Shown here: positions 54,041 to 63,726 of the stretch, piece by piece
How positions within the stretch are numbered: position 1 is the first letter of the stretch
How the letters are laid out: each line of letters opens with the position of its first letter
Assembly (NCBI GenBank): GCA_964371255.1
Contig: CAYJKV010000002.1
Coordinates: forward strand, 2,553-66,552
From: an uncultured Candidatus Saccharibacteria bacterium
GTDB lineage: Bacteria > Patescibacteriota > Andersenbacteria > UBA10190
DNA length: 64,000 nt
Direction of reading: 5' to 3'
Program-made: the position numbers and the translations under genes
Notes under the pieces: model-generated
Told to the model about the DNA's origin: nothing
The model's database searches: none
The model's input: the letters and a program-made list of their open reading frames with translations, nothing else

Positions 54041-56680
54041 TTACTTACCATGGCACTTTTTATACTTCTTGCCGCTGCCGCACGGACAGGAATCATTCCG
54101 CCCTACCTTGACCGGCTTGTTTGTCGTCATTGATCCGTTTGTTATATCTCCGTTGCCTGTGCTGATGGGACCGGTCTCTGCCACGAGTCCATTGCTGGCC
54201 AATTTATGTAAATTGCTGCCTTCCTGAGCACCGGTTTCTCTGATTTCTGTGGGCACGCTTGTCCGTTCAGTCGCTGCGTATGTGGGCTGAGCCCTGAAAA
54301 CCACTTCCACTACCGACGCTCGGATCGTACCGAGCAATCCTTGGAACATGTGATAGCCTTCTTTTTGATATTCCACTAATGGATCTCTCTGCCCGTAACC
54401 GCGCAGCCCAATCCCTGTTCGCAGATAATCCATCGCGTCCAGATGATCCATCCAATGCACATCTATCGCGCGCAGTGTCGCCGCTCGTTCTAATTGTCCG
54501 ATTACGTCCTCGCCGAACTGCTTTGTTCGCGCTTGCCAATAATCCAAACCTGTCTGCCGCACCGCCCCTCTTAGTTTTTCTCGGATGCTTTCCGGTCGCT
54601 GCCCGCTTTCCTTTTGTACCAAGTCCTGATAAGCCGCTTGCAAATCATTGGGCTGCCGCCCGGTCAATGCTGCCATCGACTCGCCGATTTCATTCGTATT
54701 CCAGTTTTTACTCTCATTATCTGCGGTGTGGACCACCAGCAATTTGTCTACCTGTTCTTCAATTAAGGTCTTCATGTGCTCATGGATTTTCACTTCCTTA
54801 TCTTTTCCTTCTCGCCACACACCCTGGCTGATTACGCCTTTTCTTAAATTATAAATGGCGCTCCTTTGTTTATTCAGGACGTCATCGTAAGACAATACTT
54901 GTTTTCTCATGTCAAAGTAGTAGCCTTCGACTCGCTCTTGGGCGCTATCGATTGCTCTCGTCACTATTTTATTTTCAATCGGTTCATCTTCCGGAAACCG
55001 CAGCTTCGTCATCAATCCCTTAATTTTGCTGCCGCCGAATATTCTCATGACATCGTCTTCCATACTCACATAAAACTGCGTTTCACCGCGGTCGCCTTGC
55101 CGGCCCGATCGTCCGCGCAATTGGTTGTCGATCCGTCGCGCCTCATGTCTCTCGGTACCCAGAACGAATAACCCGCCCAACTGCTCAACCCCCTCCCCCA
55201 ATTTTATATCTGTCCCCCGGCCGGCCATGTTAGTAGATATAGTCACCGCGGCGCGCTGTCCGGCGTTCGCGATAATCTCCGCTTCCCGGGCATGCTGCTT
55301 GGCGTTCAGCACCTCATGCTTGATCCCTTCTCGGGCTAGCAGCTGCGATAAATATTCCGATTTTTCAATGGCGATGGTTCCAACTAGTACGGGTTGACCC
55401 GCTTTATTCTTTTGTTTGATGGTCTGAACAACCGCTGCAAATTTTGCTTTTTCGTTTATATAAATTCGGTCCGACTTGTCATGTCTGATTAGCGTTTTAT
55501 TAGTCGGCACGGACACCACATCCAGGTTGTATACTTTCTCGAATTCTTCCGCTGATGTCACCGCTGTGCCGGTCATTCCGGATAAGCGCGTATACAATCG
55601 AAACAAATTCTGGAAGGTAATAGTCGCCAGTGTACGGCTCTCCTGCTGCACTTTGACTTGCTCTTTTGCTTCAATGGCTTGGTGCAATCCTTCTGCATAG
55701 CGTCGCCCTTCCATTAGACGGCCGGTAAACTCATCGACAATCACCACCTGTCCGTCTTTAACTACATAATCCTTATCCCTTTGGTACAAAGTGTGCGCCC
55801 GCAGCGCCTGCTCCAAATGATGAACAAATCGGATGCCCTTTTCTTCGTAAATGTTATCTACTCCCAGCGCCTTTTCTACTTTGCTCGTCCCTTCATCCGT
55901 TAACGTCGCGGCCCGTCTCTTTTCATCAATATTATAATCAACTTCCGCTGTTAGCGTCGGCACCAGCCGCGCGAACTGCCCGTAGAGCATGGTGGAATCT
56001 GTATCGGGCGCTGAAATTATTAAAGGGGTCCTGGCTTCATCAATTAGAATGCTGTCCACCTCGTCAACAATCGCGAAATTAAGCGGTTGTTGTACCATTT
56101 CCGTCTCGCTCTGCGCCATATTATCACGCAGATAATCAAAGCCAAACTCATTGTTTGTCCCGTAAGTGATATTGGCGTGATAGGCTGCCCGTTTTTCCGC
56201 TGCGCTTTGGCCGTGCCGCAGGATCCCTACAGTTAACCCGAAAAACTCATAGATCGGGCGCATCCACTCTGCGTCCCGTGCTGCTAAATACTCATTCACG
56301 GTCACAAGATGAGCTCCCTTTTCCGTCAATCCATATAATACCAGCGGTAGGGTTGCCACCAGTGTCTTGCCTTCCCCCGTCTTCATTTCCGCGATTTTTC
56401 CTTCCAGTAGAGCCAGCCCGCCCATTATCTGCACGTCAAAATGCCGCATTTTTAATGTCCGCTCCGCTGCCTCCCTCACTGCCGCGAATATCTCAATTTT
56501 ATGGTCCAAGCATTCTTCTGTCTGATGGCCATAAAACTGTCTCACTCGCTGTTTCAGATCCTTGTCTGATAACTGCTGCATGTCCTTGCTGAGCGCATTA
56601 ATTCTCTCCACCGCTCCGCTATATGCCAGCGCGGCCTTTTCGTATCGTTTATTCTTATCCAGCCATTTAAACCATTTCAT
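54041..56680 (-). CDS. secA: preprotein translocase ATPase SecA
   Basis: DEAD-motor motifs plus the C-terminal zinc finger CPCGSGKKYKKCHG. Confidence 0.95.
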   Translation of the reverse strand: MKWFKWLDKNKRYEKAALAYSGAVERINALSKDMQQLSDKDLKQRVRQFYGHQTEECLDHKIEIFAAVREAAERTLKMRHFDVQIMGGLALLEGKIAEMKTGEGKTLVATLPLVLYGLTEKGAHLVTVNEYLAARDAEWMRPIYEFFGLTVGILRHGQSAAEKRAAYHANITYGTNNEFGFDYLRDNMAQSETEMVQQPLNFAIVDEVDSILIDEARTPLIISAPDTDSTMLYGQFARLVPTLTAEVDYNIDEKRRAATLTDEGTSKVEKALGVDNIYEEKGIRFVHHLEQALRAHTLYQRDKDYVVKDGQVVIVDEFTGRLMEGRRYAEGLHQAIEAKEQVKVQQESRTLATITFQNLFRLYTRLSGMTGTAVTSAEEFEKVYNLDVVSVPTNKTLIRHDKSDRIYINEKAKFAAVVQTIKQKNKAGQPVLVGTIAIEKSEYLSQLLAREGIKHEVLNAKQHAREAEIIANAGQRAAVTISTNMAGRGTDIKLGEGVEQLGGLFVLGTERHEARRIDNQLRGRSGRQGDRGETQFYVSMEDDVMRIFGGSKIKGLMTKLRFPEDEPIENKIVTRAIDSAQERVEGYYFDMRKQVLSYDDVLNKQRSAIYNLRKGVISQGVWREGKDKEVKIHEHMKTLIEEQVDKLLVVHTADNESKNWNTNEIGESMAALTGRQPNDLQAAYQDLVQKESGQRPESIREKLRGAVRQTGLDYWQARTKQFGEDVIGQLERAATLRAIDVHWMDHLDAMDYLRTGIGLRGYGQRDPLVEYQKEGYHMFQGLLGTIRASVVEVVFRAQPTYAATERTSVPTEIRETGAQEGSNLHKLASNGLVAETGPISTGNGDITNGSMTTNKPVKVGRNDSCPCGSGKKYKKCHGK

Positions 56681-56793
56681 TGGCCTAACATACTAAGAGT
56701 GCGTCATTTAGTCCAGCGGGTTTAATCATCTTAAAGCAGGCGGGTCTGACACGAACAAACACTCATCACACCCACTGCTATTCTAATCTTGTG

Positions 56794-57117
56794 CTATTTT
56801 TTATCCCTCTTGGTTCGACCTTGTTTTCTTTTGTCTTGGTATTTTAGCAGTTCCTTCTTGATTGCTCCCACTGCTAAATCAATTACATTTTGCACCGTGT
56901 CCGCCGATCGATCCGCGTGAAAAACCATCCCGCCCTGCTTAATGTTCAAACGGCAGCTCACGACTTTCCCCTGGCGATGGTGCTGGTCATGACTTAGTCT
57001 GACATCTACCACAAAGGGGGGACGTAACGTCTTTTCCAACCGTTCCAGCTTCTCCTCTATCAATCCTAAATCATTCGCGCTGAGCGTGATATGCTCCGTC
57101 GATAAATTAAATTTCAT
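56794..57117 (-). CDS. hpf: ribosome hibernation promoting factor (HPF/RaiA family)
   Basis: 107 aa with the beta-alpha-beta-beta-beta-alpha YfiA-fold pattern and a basic C-terminus. Confidence 0.85.
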   Translation of the reverse strand: MKFNLSTEHITLSANDLGLIEEKLERLEKTLRPPFVVDVRLSHDQHHRQGKVVSCRLNIKQGGMVFHADRSADTVQNVIDLAVGAIKKELLKYQDKRKQGRTKRDKK

Positions 57118-57255
57118 TGATTATTCATTAATAATTAAAAAATGGCTATCTATTAATCCGAAGCCACATTGATGTTCTCTTCAGCAAATATTTTCACTTA
57201 TTATTTTAACTTTACGAACATACCCATCATATCCTACCTCGTCAAGAAGATACAA

Positions 57256-58425
57256 TCACTCGTCTGCGCCTCGTTCGGGTATCATCGTGCAAATTTTATT
57301 CAACAGTTTCGCTTGCCAATGGCGCCGGCTAAAATTAAGGACCGACTGTTGCAACCGCTCCCTGCTATACCCCTTTTCCCTCTGGTTAAACTGCCTCACC
57401 GCTTCGGCTAAACCTTCTTCGCTTTGATCGTCATAAAGAATACCAGTCTCGCCGTGTTTGACGATTTCGGCAGCTCCACCCTTATTCAGCGCGATCACCG
57501 GTGTCCCACAAGCTAAACATTCGGCGGTGGCCATACCAAAATCTTCTACTCCGGGCTGCACTAACGCCCGAGCTTGCCGATAATACTTGCGGAGGCTGAT
57601 TCGATCTATTTGGCTGACGAAGATCGTGTTATTCCCCGCCATTTGTCGCCATTTATGCCGTTCCGGCCCTCGTCCGACTACTACCAGCGGATAATCCAGT
57701 TTGCCCATCACTCTGACCACCTGATCAAAATGTTTGCTGGCGTTTAAGCGTCCGACACAGAGAAAATATCGATCATTCCTTTTAAGTTGATACTTATTCT
57801 CCTCAGTCGATGGTGTAAAAAAAGCAGTATCAACCGGCGGATAAACAACTTCGCTTTGTCGTCCGTAATATGTGGCGATCCGCTGTTGTGTGTATTTCGA
57901 ATTTGCTAAAAAACAATCAACTCGTTGGGCAGCTGCAAAATCGACAATGCGCAAGTAATGAAAAGCCAAACGAGCCAACCATCTTGTTCCCGGCCACGCT
58001 CGGTTCAGGGCTTCGTGCGTGCTGTCCCATAAATATCTGGTCGGTGCGTGGCAGTAACAAAGATGCGGGACATCCACCCGCGTGATGACACCTTTACATA
58101 GGCCGCTGGCACTGCTGATTACTAAATCAAAATCAGCCAGATCAAACTGTTCAACCGCCTGGGGTAGTAACGGCAGTAAACGGCTGGGATGTTTTCTAAA
58201 CCAAACCGGCAACCTCTGTAAAAAAGAGCAGCTGATCGTTTTAGTGTTTCCGTCCACTGATATTAATGGCTTGCCAGCGTAAAGCGCGAATATGCTAGCT
58301 TGGGGTACCAATCTGATTAATTCTTCCACCACAATTTCTGCCCCACCCCGTCTGGTGAACTCGTCATGGACAACAGCAATACGTCTATCGCTAAAATTGA
58401 TCATCAGATCAGAATAGATAATCAA
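57256..58425 (-). CDS. GT4-family (group 1) glycosyltransferase
   Basis: GT-B fold with the C-terminal motif EDFGMATAECLACGTPVIA. Confidence 0.85.
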   Translation of the reverse strand: MIIYSDLMINFSDRRIAVVHDEFTRRGGAEIVVEELIRLVPQASIFALYAGKPLISVDGNTKTISCSFLQRLPVWFRKHPSRLLPLLPQAVEQFDLADFDLVISSASGLCKGVITRVDVPHLCYCHAPTRYLWDSTHEALNRAWPGTRWLARLAFHYLRIVDFAAAQRVDCFLANSKYTQQRIATYYGRQSEVVYPPVDTAFFTPSTEENKYQLKRNDRYFLCVGRLNASKHFDQVVRVMGKLDYPLVVVGRGPERHKWRQMAGNNTIFVSQIDRISLRKYYRQARALVQPGVEDFGMATAECLACGTPVIALNKGGAAEIVKHGETGILYDDQSEEGLAEAVRQFNQREKGYSRERLQQSVLNFSRRHWQAKLLNKICTMIPERGADE

Positions 58426-58458
58426 TATTTATCCTGCAAGCAAACCTGTCTCGGCCTC

Positions 58459-59469
58459 TTATTTTGTTAACAAAACACTTCGCTTGTAAGCATCAATATT
58501 CTCCAAGGCTGCTCCGGCTCCCTTGACGGCGCACACTAAAGGATCGTCGGCAATGTAGCAAGGTACGGCGCAGGCCCGGGAGATTAATTGGTCAATATTA
58601 CGCATCAGTGCTCCGCCGCCGCTTACCACTATCCCTTTATCGATCACGTCCGCCGCCAACTCCGGCGGGGTTTCTTGCAGAACGTATTTAATCGCCTGCA
58701 GCACTTCCGACAATGGTTCCCTTAAGGCCTCCGTTACCTCACTTGATGAAATGGTGGTTTCTTTTGGTAACCCGGTCACGAGGTCTCGGCCCCTAATCAT
58801 CATTTGCCTGGTTTCCTCATCCGTGATAGCTGAAGCCAATTCCTTTTTAATTATTTCCGCCGTTTGCGCTCCGACTATCACGCCATATCTTTTTCTGATG
58901 TGTTCGGTGATAGCCTCATCAAAACGATTACCACCGACGCGAGCCGAGTGCGCGATCACAATACCGCCCAACGAAATAATCGCCACTTCCGTAGTCCCTC
59001 CGCCAATATCCACGATCATATGCCCCGAACTTTCCCCGATCGGAATACCGGCCCCGATTGCCGCCGCAATTGGTTCCTTAATTAAATACGCCGCCCGGGC
59101 GCCGGCTGAAATAGCTGCGTCTACTACCGCGCGGCGCTCCGTGCTTGTAATGCCAGCCGGTACGGACACTAAAACCTCCGGACGCAAAAACCTGACTGAT
59201 ACTCCCGTCTTTTGGATCAGGTAACGCAGCATCGCTTCCGTCACCCGATAATCCGCGATTACGCCATCTTTTAAGGGTTGATGGGCAACGATACTTTCCG
59301 GTGTCCGGCCGATCATTTCCTTAGCTTCCTCGCCAATCGCTAACACGGCGTTTTCGTCTACGGACACCGCTACTACTGATGGCTCGTTCAATACGATCCC
59401 CCTGCCTGGCACGTACATTAAGGTGCTGGTTGTGCCTAAATCAATTGCGATCTTACGTGTAATGTTCAT
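58459..59469 (-). CDS. second MreB/Mbl-family actin-like protein (paralog)
   Basis: DLGTTST and DIGGGTTE motifs, full length (336 aa). It lies outside the mreBCD operon, between the GT4 gene and murA. Confidence 0.85.
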   Translation of the reverse strand: MNITRKIAIDLGTTSTLMYVPGRGIVLNEPSVVAVSVDENAVLAIGEEAKEMIGRTPESIVAHQPLKDGVIADYRVTEAMLRYLIQKTGVSVRFLRPEVLVSVPAGITSTERRAVVDAAISAGARAAYLIKEPIAAAIGAGIPIGESSGHMIVDIGGGTTEVAIISLGGIVIAHSARVGGNRFDEAITEHIRKRYGVIVGAQTAEIIKKELASAITDEETRQMMIRGRDLVTGLPKETTISSSEVTEALREPLSEVLQAIKYVLQETPPELAADVIDKGIVVSGGGALMRNIDQLISRACAVPCYIADDPLVCAVKGAGAALENIDAYKRSVLLTK

Positions 59470-59627
59470 GCTTTCTATTTTATACTTCTAAACCTTTTAG
59501 TATATATTTTCCTGCCCTCGTTGGCCATTTACAAAAAATTCTTAGTTTGGCATTAAATTATTCCCTCTCCCAGTTTCATCCCCTGTCTGAATTGATGGCA
59601 GAGCTAAGCCGTATGCTGCCCCCCCCC

Positions 59628-60938
59628 TTAGAGGCTAAATTTCCGCTTGGCGTTTTCTTCTGCCCAACCTTTTCTCTGCGGTTCCCAGTCTTCCACCCGT
59701 TGGATATCTGCACCGACCGCTGCTAAACGCTCGACCAGATTGGCATAACCTCGTTCAATTATTTCCGCTTCATCAATAATTGTTTGTCCTTTTGCGACCA
59801 AGCCGGCTAACACCAGCGTCGCTCCAGACCTGATGTCAAGGCTTTTAATATGCTGTCCGTGCAACTGTGTTGGCCCATCGATTATGACACGATGAGGATC
59901 GCACACTGTAATGGACGCTCCCATTTTAACCAGTTCGTCACAGTGGCGAAAGCGGCTCTCGTACATGGGGTCGTGAATTAAACTTGCTCCCTGCACTTGT
60001 GTGGCGACTACGGAAAAGGGTGCTTGCAAGTCCGTTGCGATTCCTGGGTGAGGTAGCGTCTGTAAGTGAAAACTCTTTAACGGCGAAGGACTCACCTCCA
60101 CCGTATCCCCGTGGCTGGAATATTTAACGCCAATCTCATCAAGCTTTTTAAAAAATAGCGCCAAGTCATCAAGCGGTACTCCCGTAATGCTTAATTCCGA
60201 TGCGGTCGCGGCCCCTAACAAAATAAACAAACCGGCCTCTAGCATGTCATTGCAATTAACAATGGTGGCCCCATGTAAACTGCTTTTGCCTTTAATCCGT
60301 ATCGTGTGCGTGCCGGCTCCCTCAATCGTCGCGCCCATTAACGCTAACATTTCAGCCAACTTCTCTACGTGTGGTTCATTAGCGGCAATATTTATTGTGG
60401 TGTAACCGGGCAGGGTCGATGCGACCATCATAATGTTCTCTGTTGCTGTTACTGAAAATTCTCGTAAAACAACCCTCCCCGCTTTCAATGATCGGCCATC
60501 AACGTGCACCATGTTATTTTGCCTGGCAACCTTCGCTCCTAATTGTTGTAAAGCGTCCAAATGTACATCGATAGGCCTCGAGCCGATTACGTCCCCGCCT
60601 GGTGGGGGTAAGTGGACTTCCTTGAAGCGCCCTACTAGTGCTCCGATCAAAAGGATTGAACCCCGCAGCTCCCCGATTAACTTGTTCGGTAATTTAAATT
60701 GATCAATCTTTCCTGGTTCTATCGCAACCGTCCCATCAGTCTTCTTGGTTTTGACCCCCATCAATGTCATGATCTCCAATAAGTTCTTTACGTCTCTGAT
60801 GTCTGGTATATTGCCAATACTTGACGGATACTTTGTCAGTAAACTGGCCGCCAACAGCGGCAAAGCACCATTTTTAGAACCATTCACCTGAATCGTACCC
60901 CCTAGATGCTTTCCTCCATTAATTACTATTGATGCCAT
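59628..60938 (-). CDS. murA: UDP-N-acetylglucosamine 1-carboxyvinyltransferase
   Basis: EPSP-synthase fold with the active-site loop containing Cys (VTACDP... region) and an N-terminus typical of MurA. Confidence 0.95.
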   Translation of the reverse strand: MASIVINGGKHLGGTIQVNGSKNGALPLLAASLLTKYPSSIGNIPDIRDVKNLLEIMTLMGVKTKKTDGTVAIEPGKIDQFKLPNKLIGELRGSILLIGALVGRFKEVHLPPPGGDVIGSRPIDVHLDALQQLGAKVARQNNMVHVDGRSLKAGRVVLREFSVTATENIMMVASTLPGYTTINIAANEPHVEKLAEMLALMGATIEGAGTHTIRIKGKSSLHGATIVNCNDMLEAGLFILLGAATASELSITGVPLDDLALFFKKLDEIGVKYSSHGDTVEVSPSPLKSFHLQTLPHPGIATDLQAPFSVVATQVQGASLIHDPMYESRFRHCDELVKMGASITVCDPHRVIIDGPTQLHGQHIKSLDIRSGATLVLAGLVAKGQTIIDEAEIIERGYANLVERLAAVGADIQRVEDWEPQRKGWAEENAKRKFSL

Positions 60939-61014
60939 TAAAGAACTATAACAGTAAAATATTATTAGTCAAGGTACTGGACAAAAATATTTATTTCATT
61001 CATTGTCCTCATAA

Positions 61015-62361
61015 ATGAATATTATATATCGTAAACTATTACTCGGTTTGTCGATCCTGCTGTTTATTGGTGTGTCTCCCTTGGTAGTCTTATACGCCCT
61101 AGGTTACCGGATCAACAATCTAATCACCAATCCACTTCCGGTTGGCGTCTTGATTACTGAATCGATCCCAACTCGAGCGAGCCTAACAATTAATGGACAG
61201 CCTGCCGGGCACACACCTCAATCAGTGACCAATCTGCCCCCGGGCGGCATTGATCTAACCGTTGCCCATGACGGCTATCAGCCCTGGCACAAACATCTAA
61301 ATATTCAATCTGGGCAGGTCACTGAAGCTAGGGATATCCGTCTTTTCCCAAGCGCTCAATCATTGACCAACCTCCAAAGTAATACCCATACTTTTTCGTT
61401 ATCTCCTCATCGTCAACTTATCGCTGCCTTGACCCAGGACAAGCAACTGTTTGTCATTGATACTGAAGGCATCGCGGTCGTAAACCCTATTATGTTTCCC
61501 AGCCTGCCAGACAGCTTACTGTGGTCACCTGACAGCGGCTCTATTTTGGTGATGGCAGCCGGGCAAGCATCACTCATTAGCCTGACCGATCCGGCTGTCC
61601 GGCCGGTACGCTTGCCGCAGCTGGACCAGGCCCGGCAGTTAGCCTGGGATCAGCGGATTCCCGGTCGGTTGTATATGGTATCCAGTCACCAGGAGTTAAT
61701 AGCGTATAGCGTTTCTAATCAGTCGTCACAACTCATCGCCTCCGACATTATTAGCTTCGCGACTAGTTCACGCTTGTTATTTTTAATAGATAATGACAAC
61801 CAGCTGCAGATCCGTAACTTACAAGGAAACTTAGTTGATTCCCCTCTCCTTAAAACTGACAAAACAATTCAACAACTGCACGTCACCCCGGGCGGCCATA
61901 TCGCCGTTCAGTTTACCGATCGCAGTGTCTCAATTCTCACTGATCTGGGTGCCTTGATACCCGTGGCCGAAACTGTCACCAAGTTGAGCTGGTCACCCGA
62001 CGAGCAAATGTTATTAGTTCAGCATGATGATACCTCGCTTCACATTATGAATGTTTATGACGAACGGATCAGCTACATTCCTTTGCTTGACTTACATCTC
62101 GTTACTCGGCTTTCTCGGCCAATCCGCAATCCGCAATGGTTTGCCGGGGGCCGGCATCTTATCTATCAGGTGGATGATGAAATCATGATCACAGAAATTG
62201 ATACCCGGGACCAACCTCTGACCTACTTGGTTGATACGACTAACTTAGGTGATGCGAATATTACTGTGGGTGCGCAGGGAGATATTGTCTTCTATCTTAA
62301 AAAGACAGCCCAAGCCTATCGCTTAGTCCAAGCCATATTGAATCCCGCAGTAAACCAGTAG
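61015..62361 (+). CDS. PEGA-domain protein with N-terminal TM and a C-terminal beta-propeller-like region
   Basis: PEGA-like segment TINGQPAGHTPQSVTNLPPGGIDLTVAHDGYQPWH after the TM helix, followed by a long beta-rich region. Confidence 0.6.
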   Translation: MNIIYRKLLLGLSILLFIGVSPLVVLYALGYRINNLITNPLPVGVLITESIPTRASLTINGQPAGHTPQSVTNLPPGGIDLTVAHDGYQPWHKHLNIQSGQVTEARDIRLFPSAQSLTNLQSNTHTFSLSPHRQLIAALTQDKQLFVIDTEGIAVVNPIMFPSLPDSLLWSPDSGSILVMAAGQASLISLTDPAVRPVRLPQLDQARQLAWDQRIPGRLYMVSSHQELIAYSVSNQSSQLIASDIISFATSSRLLFLIDNDNQLQIRNLQGNLVDSPLLKTDKTIQQLHVTPGGHIAVQFTDRSVSILTDLGALIPVAETVTKLSWSPDEQMLLVQHDDTSLHIMNVYDERISYIPLLDLHLVTRLSRPIRNPQWFAGGRHLIYQVDDEIMITEIDTRDQPLTYLVDTTNLGDANITVGAQGDIVFYLKKTAQAYRLVQAILNPAVNQ

Positions 62362-62382
62362 TAGAAAACAATCAGGGGTGTA

Positions 62383-62406
62383 TAAAAAAAGCCGTCGCGG
62401 GACGGC
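62383..62406 (-). terminator. rho-independent terminator downstream of csrA (also usable bidirectionally for the PEGA gene)
   Basis: Hairpin gccgtc-gcgg-gacggc flanked by an A-run on the plus strand, which is a T-run on the minus strand. Confidence 0.5.
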
Positions 62407-62448
62407 TATATAGTCATAAAGAACTTACTAATGGAACCCCGTCTGTAC

Positions 62449-62628
62449 CTACTGACCCGCTAGCTCTCCACAATGTTCAGGTGGAAGCTCCGCGCGTGTT
62501 ATCCTCGTGGTGCTCGGCGCCGCGATACCAATCTTCACTCTAGTCTTACCCACGAAAACTACCGTAATGATAACATCCTCACCAATATTAATCTGTTCGC
62601 CCGGCTTTCTGGTCAAAACCAACATTGC
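62449..62628 (-). CDS. csrA: carbon storage regulator CsrA homolog
   Basis: MLVLTRKPGEQINIGEDVIITVVFVGKTRVKIGIAAPSTTRITRAEL aligns along its whole length to CsrA/RsmA (E. coli [48 protein letters not shown]). The start is taken at the internal Met at 62628. Confidence 0.75.
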   Translation of the reverse strand, partial: AMLVLTRKPGEQINIGEDVIITVVFVGKTRVKIGIAAPSTTRITRAELPPEHCGELAGQ

Positions 62629-62721
62629 AATACTCCTCTTGAGAAAACATCCCTGTCGTCCATGACACGCTGCCAAGGTCGACTAAACTAAATAAAGACT
62701 CAAAGAACAGCTTCCTGAACC

Positions 62722-62750
62722 TTTATATCACATAGTAGTGTTATTGTCAA
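62722..62750 (-). promoter_or_regulatory. sigma70-like promoter TTGACA-17 nt-TATAAA upstream of csrA
   Basis: Minus-strand reading aaaaaaagTTGACAataacactactatgtgaTATAAAgg. It is followed by a ~90 nt leader with several GGA motifs, one of them in the SD. Confidence 0.4.
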
Positions 62751-62886
62751 CTTTTTTTAGATCACTGCGAACTGCACATTAATTCAGACCCTTACGCCCT
62801 AAATTTCAATTAGGATAACCTGATTGTTTGTCTTCCTAGCATCAGCTTCAAGCCTCCACTGCCGCTATTAACTTTTACTCAAGTTT

Positions 62887-63306
62887 CTATCTCTTGGAGA
62901 ACTGTGGTGCTCGTCTGGCTCGTTTTAATCCTGGCTTTTTTCTTTCTTTTACTCGTGCATCGCGCGTTAGCATGCCGTTGCTCTTCAGCTGCAGCCGCCA
63001 TTCTGGATTTGCCAGCAGTAAGGCACGCGCTAAGCCATGCCGGACAGCATCTGCCTGGGCATGTTTCCCTCCTCCTTTAACTTTTACGGTCACCCCGTAT
63101 TGTTCTTGCGTCGAAGTTAATTCCATCGGACCCAGAGCGATCTTCTGCATATCTACCGTGGTAAAATATTTTTCTACCGCTTCGCCGTTTATAATTTTTT
63201 CACTTACCTTATCGGTTAACCTGACCTGGGCAACCGCCGATTTGCGTCGTCCCACTCCGAACAATTTGGTGGGTTCTAAAGTCTCTTGTACTTTATTATC
63301 TGTCAT
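62887..63306 (-). CDS. rpsI: 30S ribosomal protein S9
   Basis: C-terminal KKPGLKRARRAPQFSKR. Confidence 0.9.
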   Translation of the reverse strand: MTDNKVQETLEPTKLFGVGRRKSAVAQVRLTDKVSEKIINGEAVEKYFTTVDMQKIALGPMELTSTQEQYGVTVKVKGGGKHAQADAVRHGLARALLLANPEWRLQLKSNGMLTRDARVKERKKPGLKRARRAPQFSKR

Positions 63307-63311
63307 AAAAA

Positions 63312-63722
63312 TTAATTATTTGTTCCCTGGTAAGGGTGCTCACTCCCTTTAAAAAGTAATAAATTCGTCATCATGCGTGCTCTAAGCTTGTTCTTGGGTA
63401 ACATGCCAACTACCGCTTGCTGAATAATAACTCTCGAATCCCGTTTTCTCTGTTCCGCTACGCTCCTGGCCTTGATACCGCTGGGGTAACCGCTGTAATG
63501 CCGGTAAATTTTTGTTGTCTCCTTGTTTCCAGTCAGCACTACGTGGTCGGTATTCATGACCACCACTTTAATGTCCATCAATTTATTATTCCGGTTTCCC
63601 ACGACTCCTTTTCCCATCAAGAGGCCGGCTACTTGGGTAGCTAGCCTGCCTAACACCTTGTCTTGCGCGTCAATAATAACGTACTTGCTATTTGTTGGCT
63701 TGCTGTTGGTTGCTGATGTCAT
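63312..63722 (-). CDS. rplM: 50S ribosomal protein L13
   Basis: VIDAQDKVLGRLATQVAGLLMGK. The start is chosen at the Met that avoids overlap with rplQ; the track ORF begins at 63764. Confidence 0.9.
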   Translation of the reverse strand: MTSATNSKPTNSKYVIIDAQDKVLGRLATQVAGLLMGKGVVGNRNNKLMDIKVVVMNTDHVVLTGNKETTKIYRHYSGYPSGIKARSVAEQRKRDSRVIIQQAVVGMLPKNKLRARMMTNLLLFKGSEHPYQGTNN

Positions 63723-63726
63723 AACC

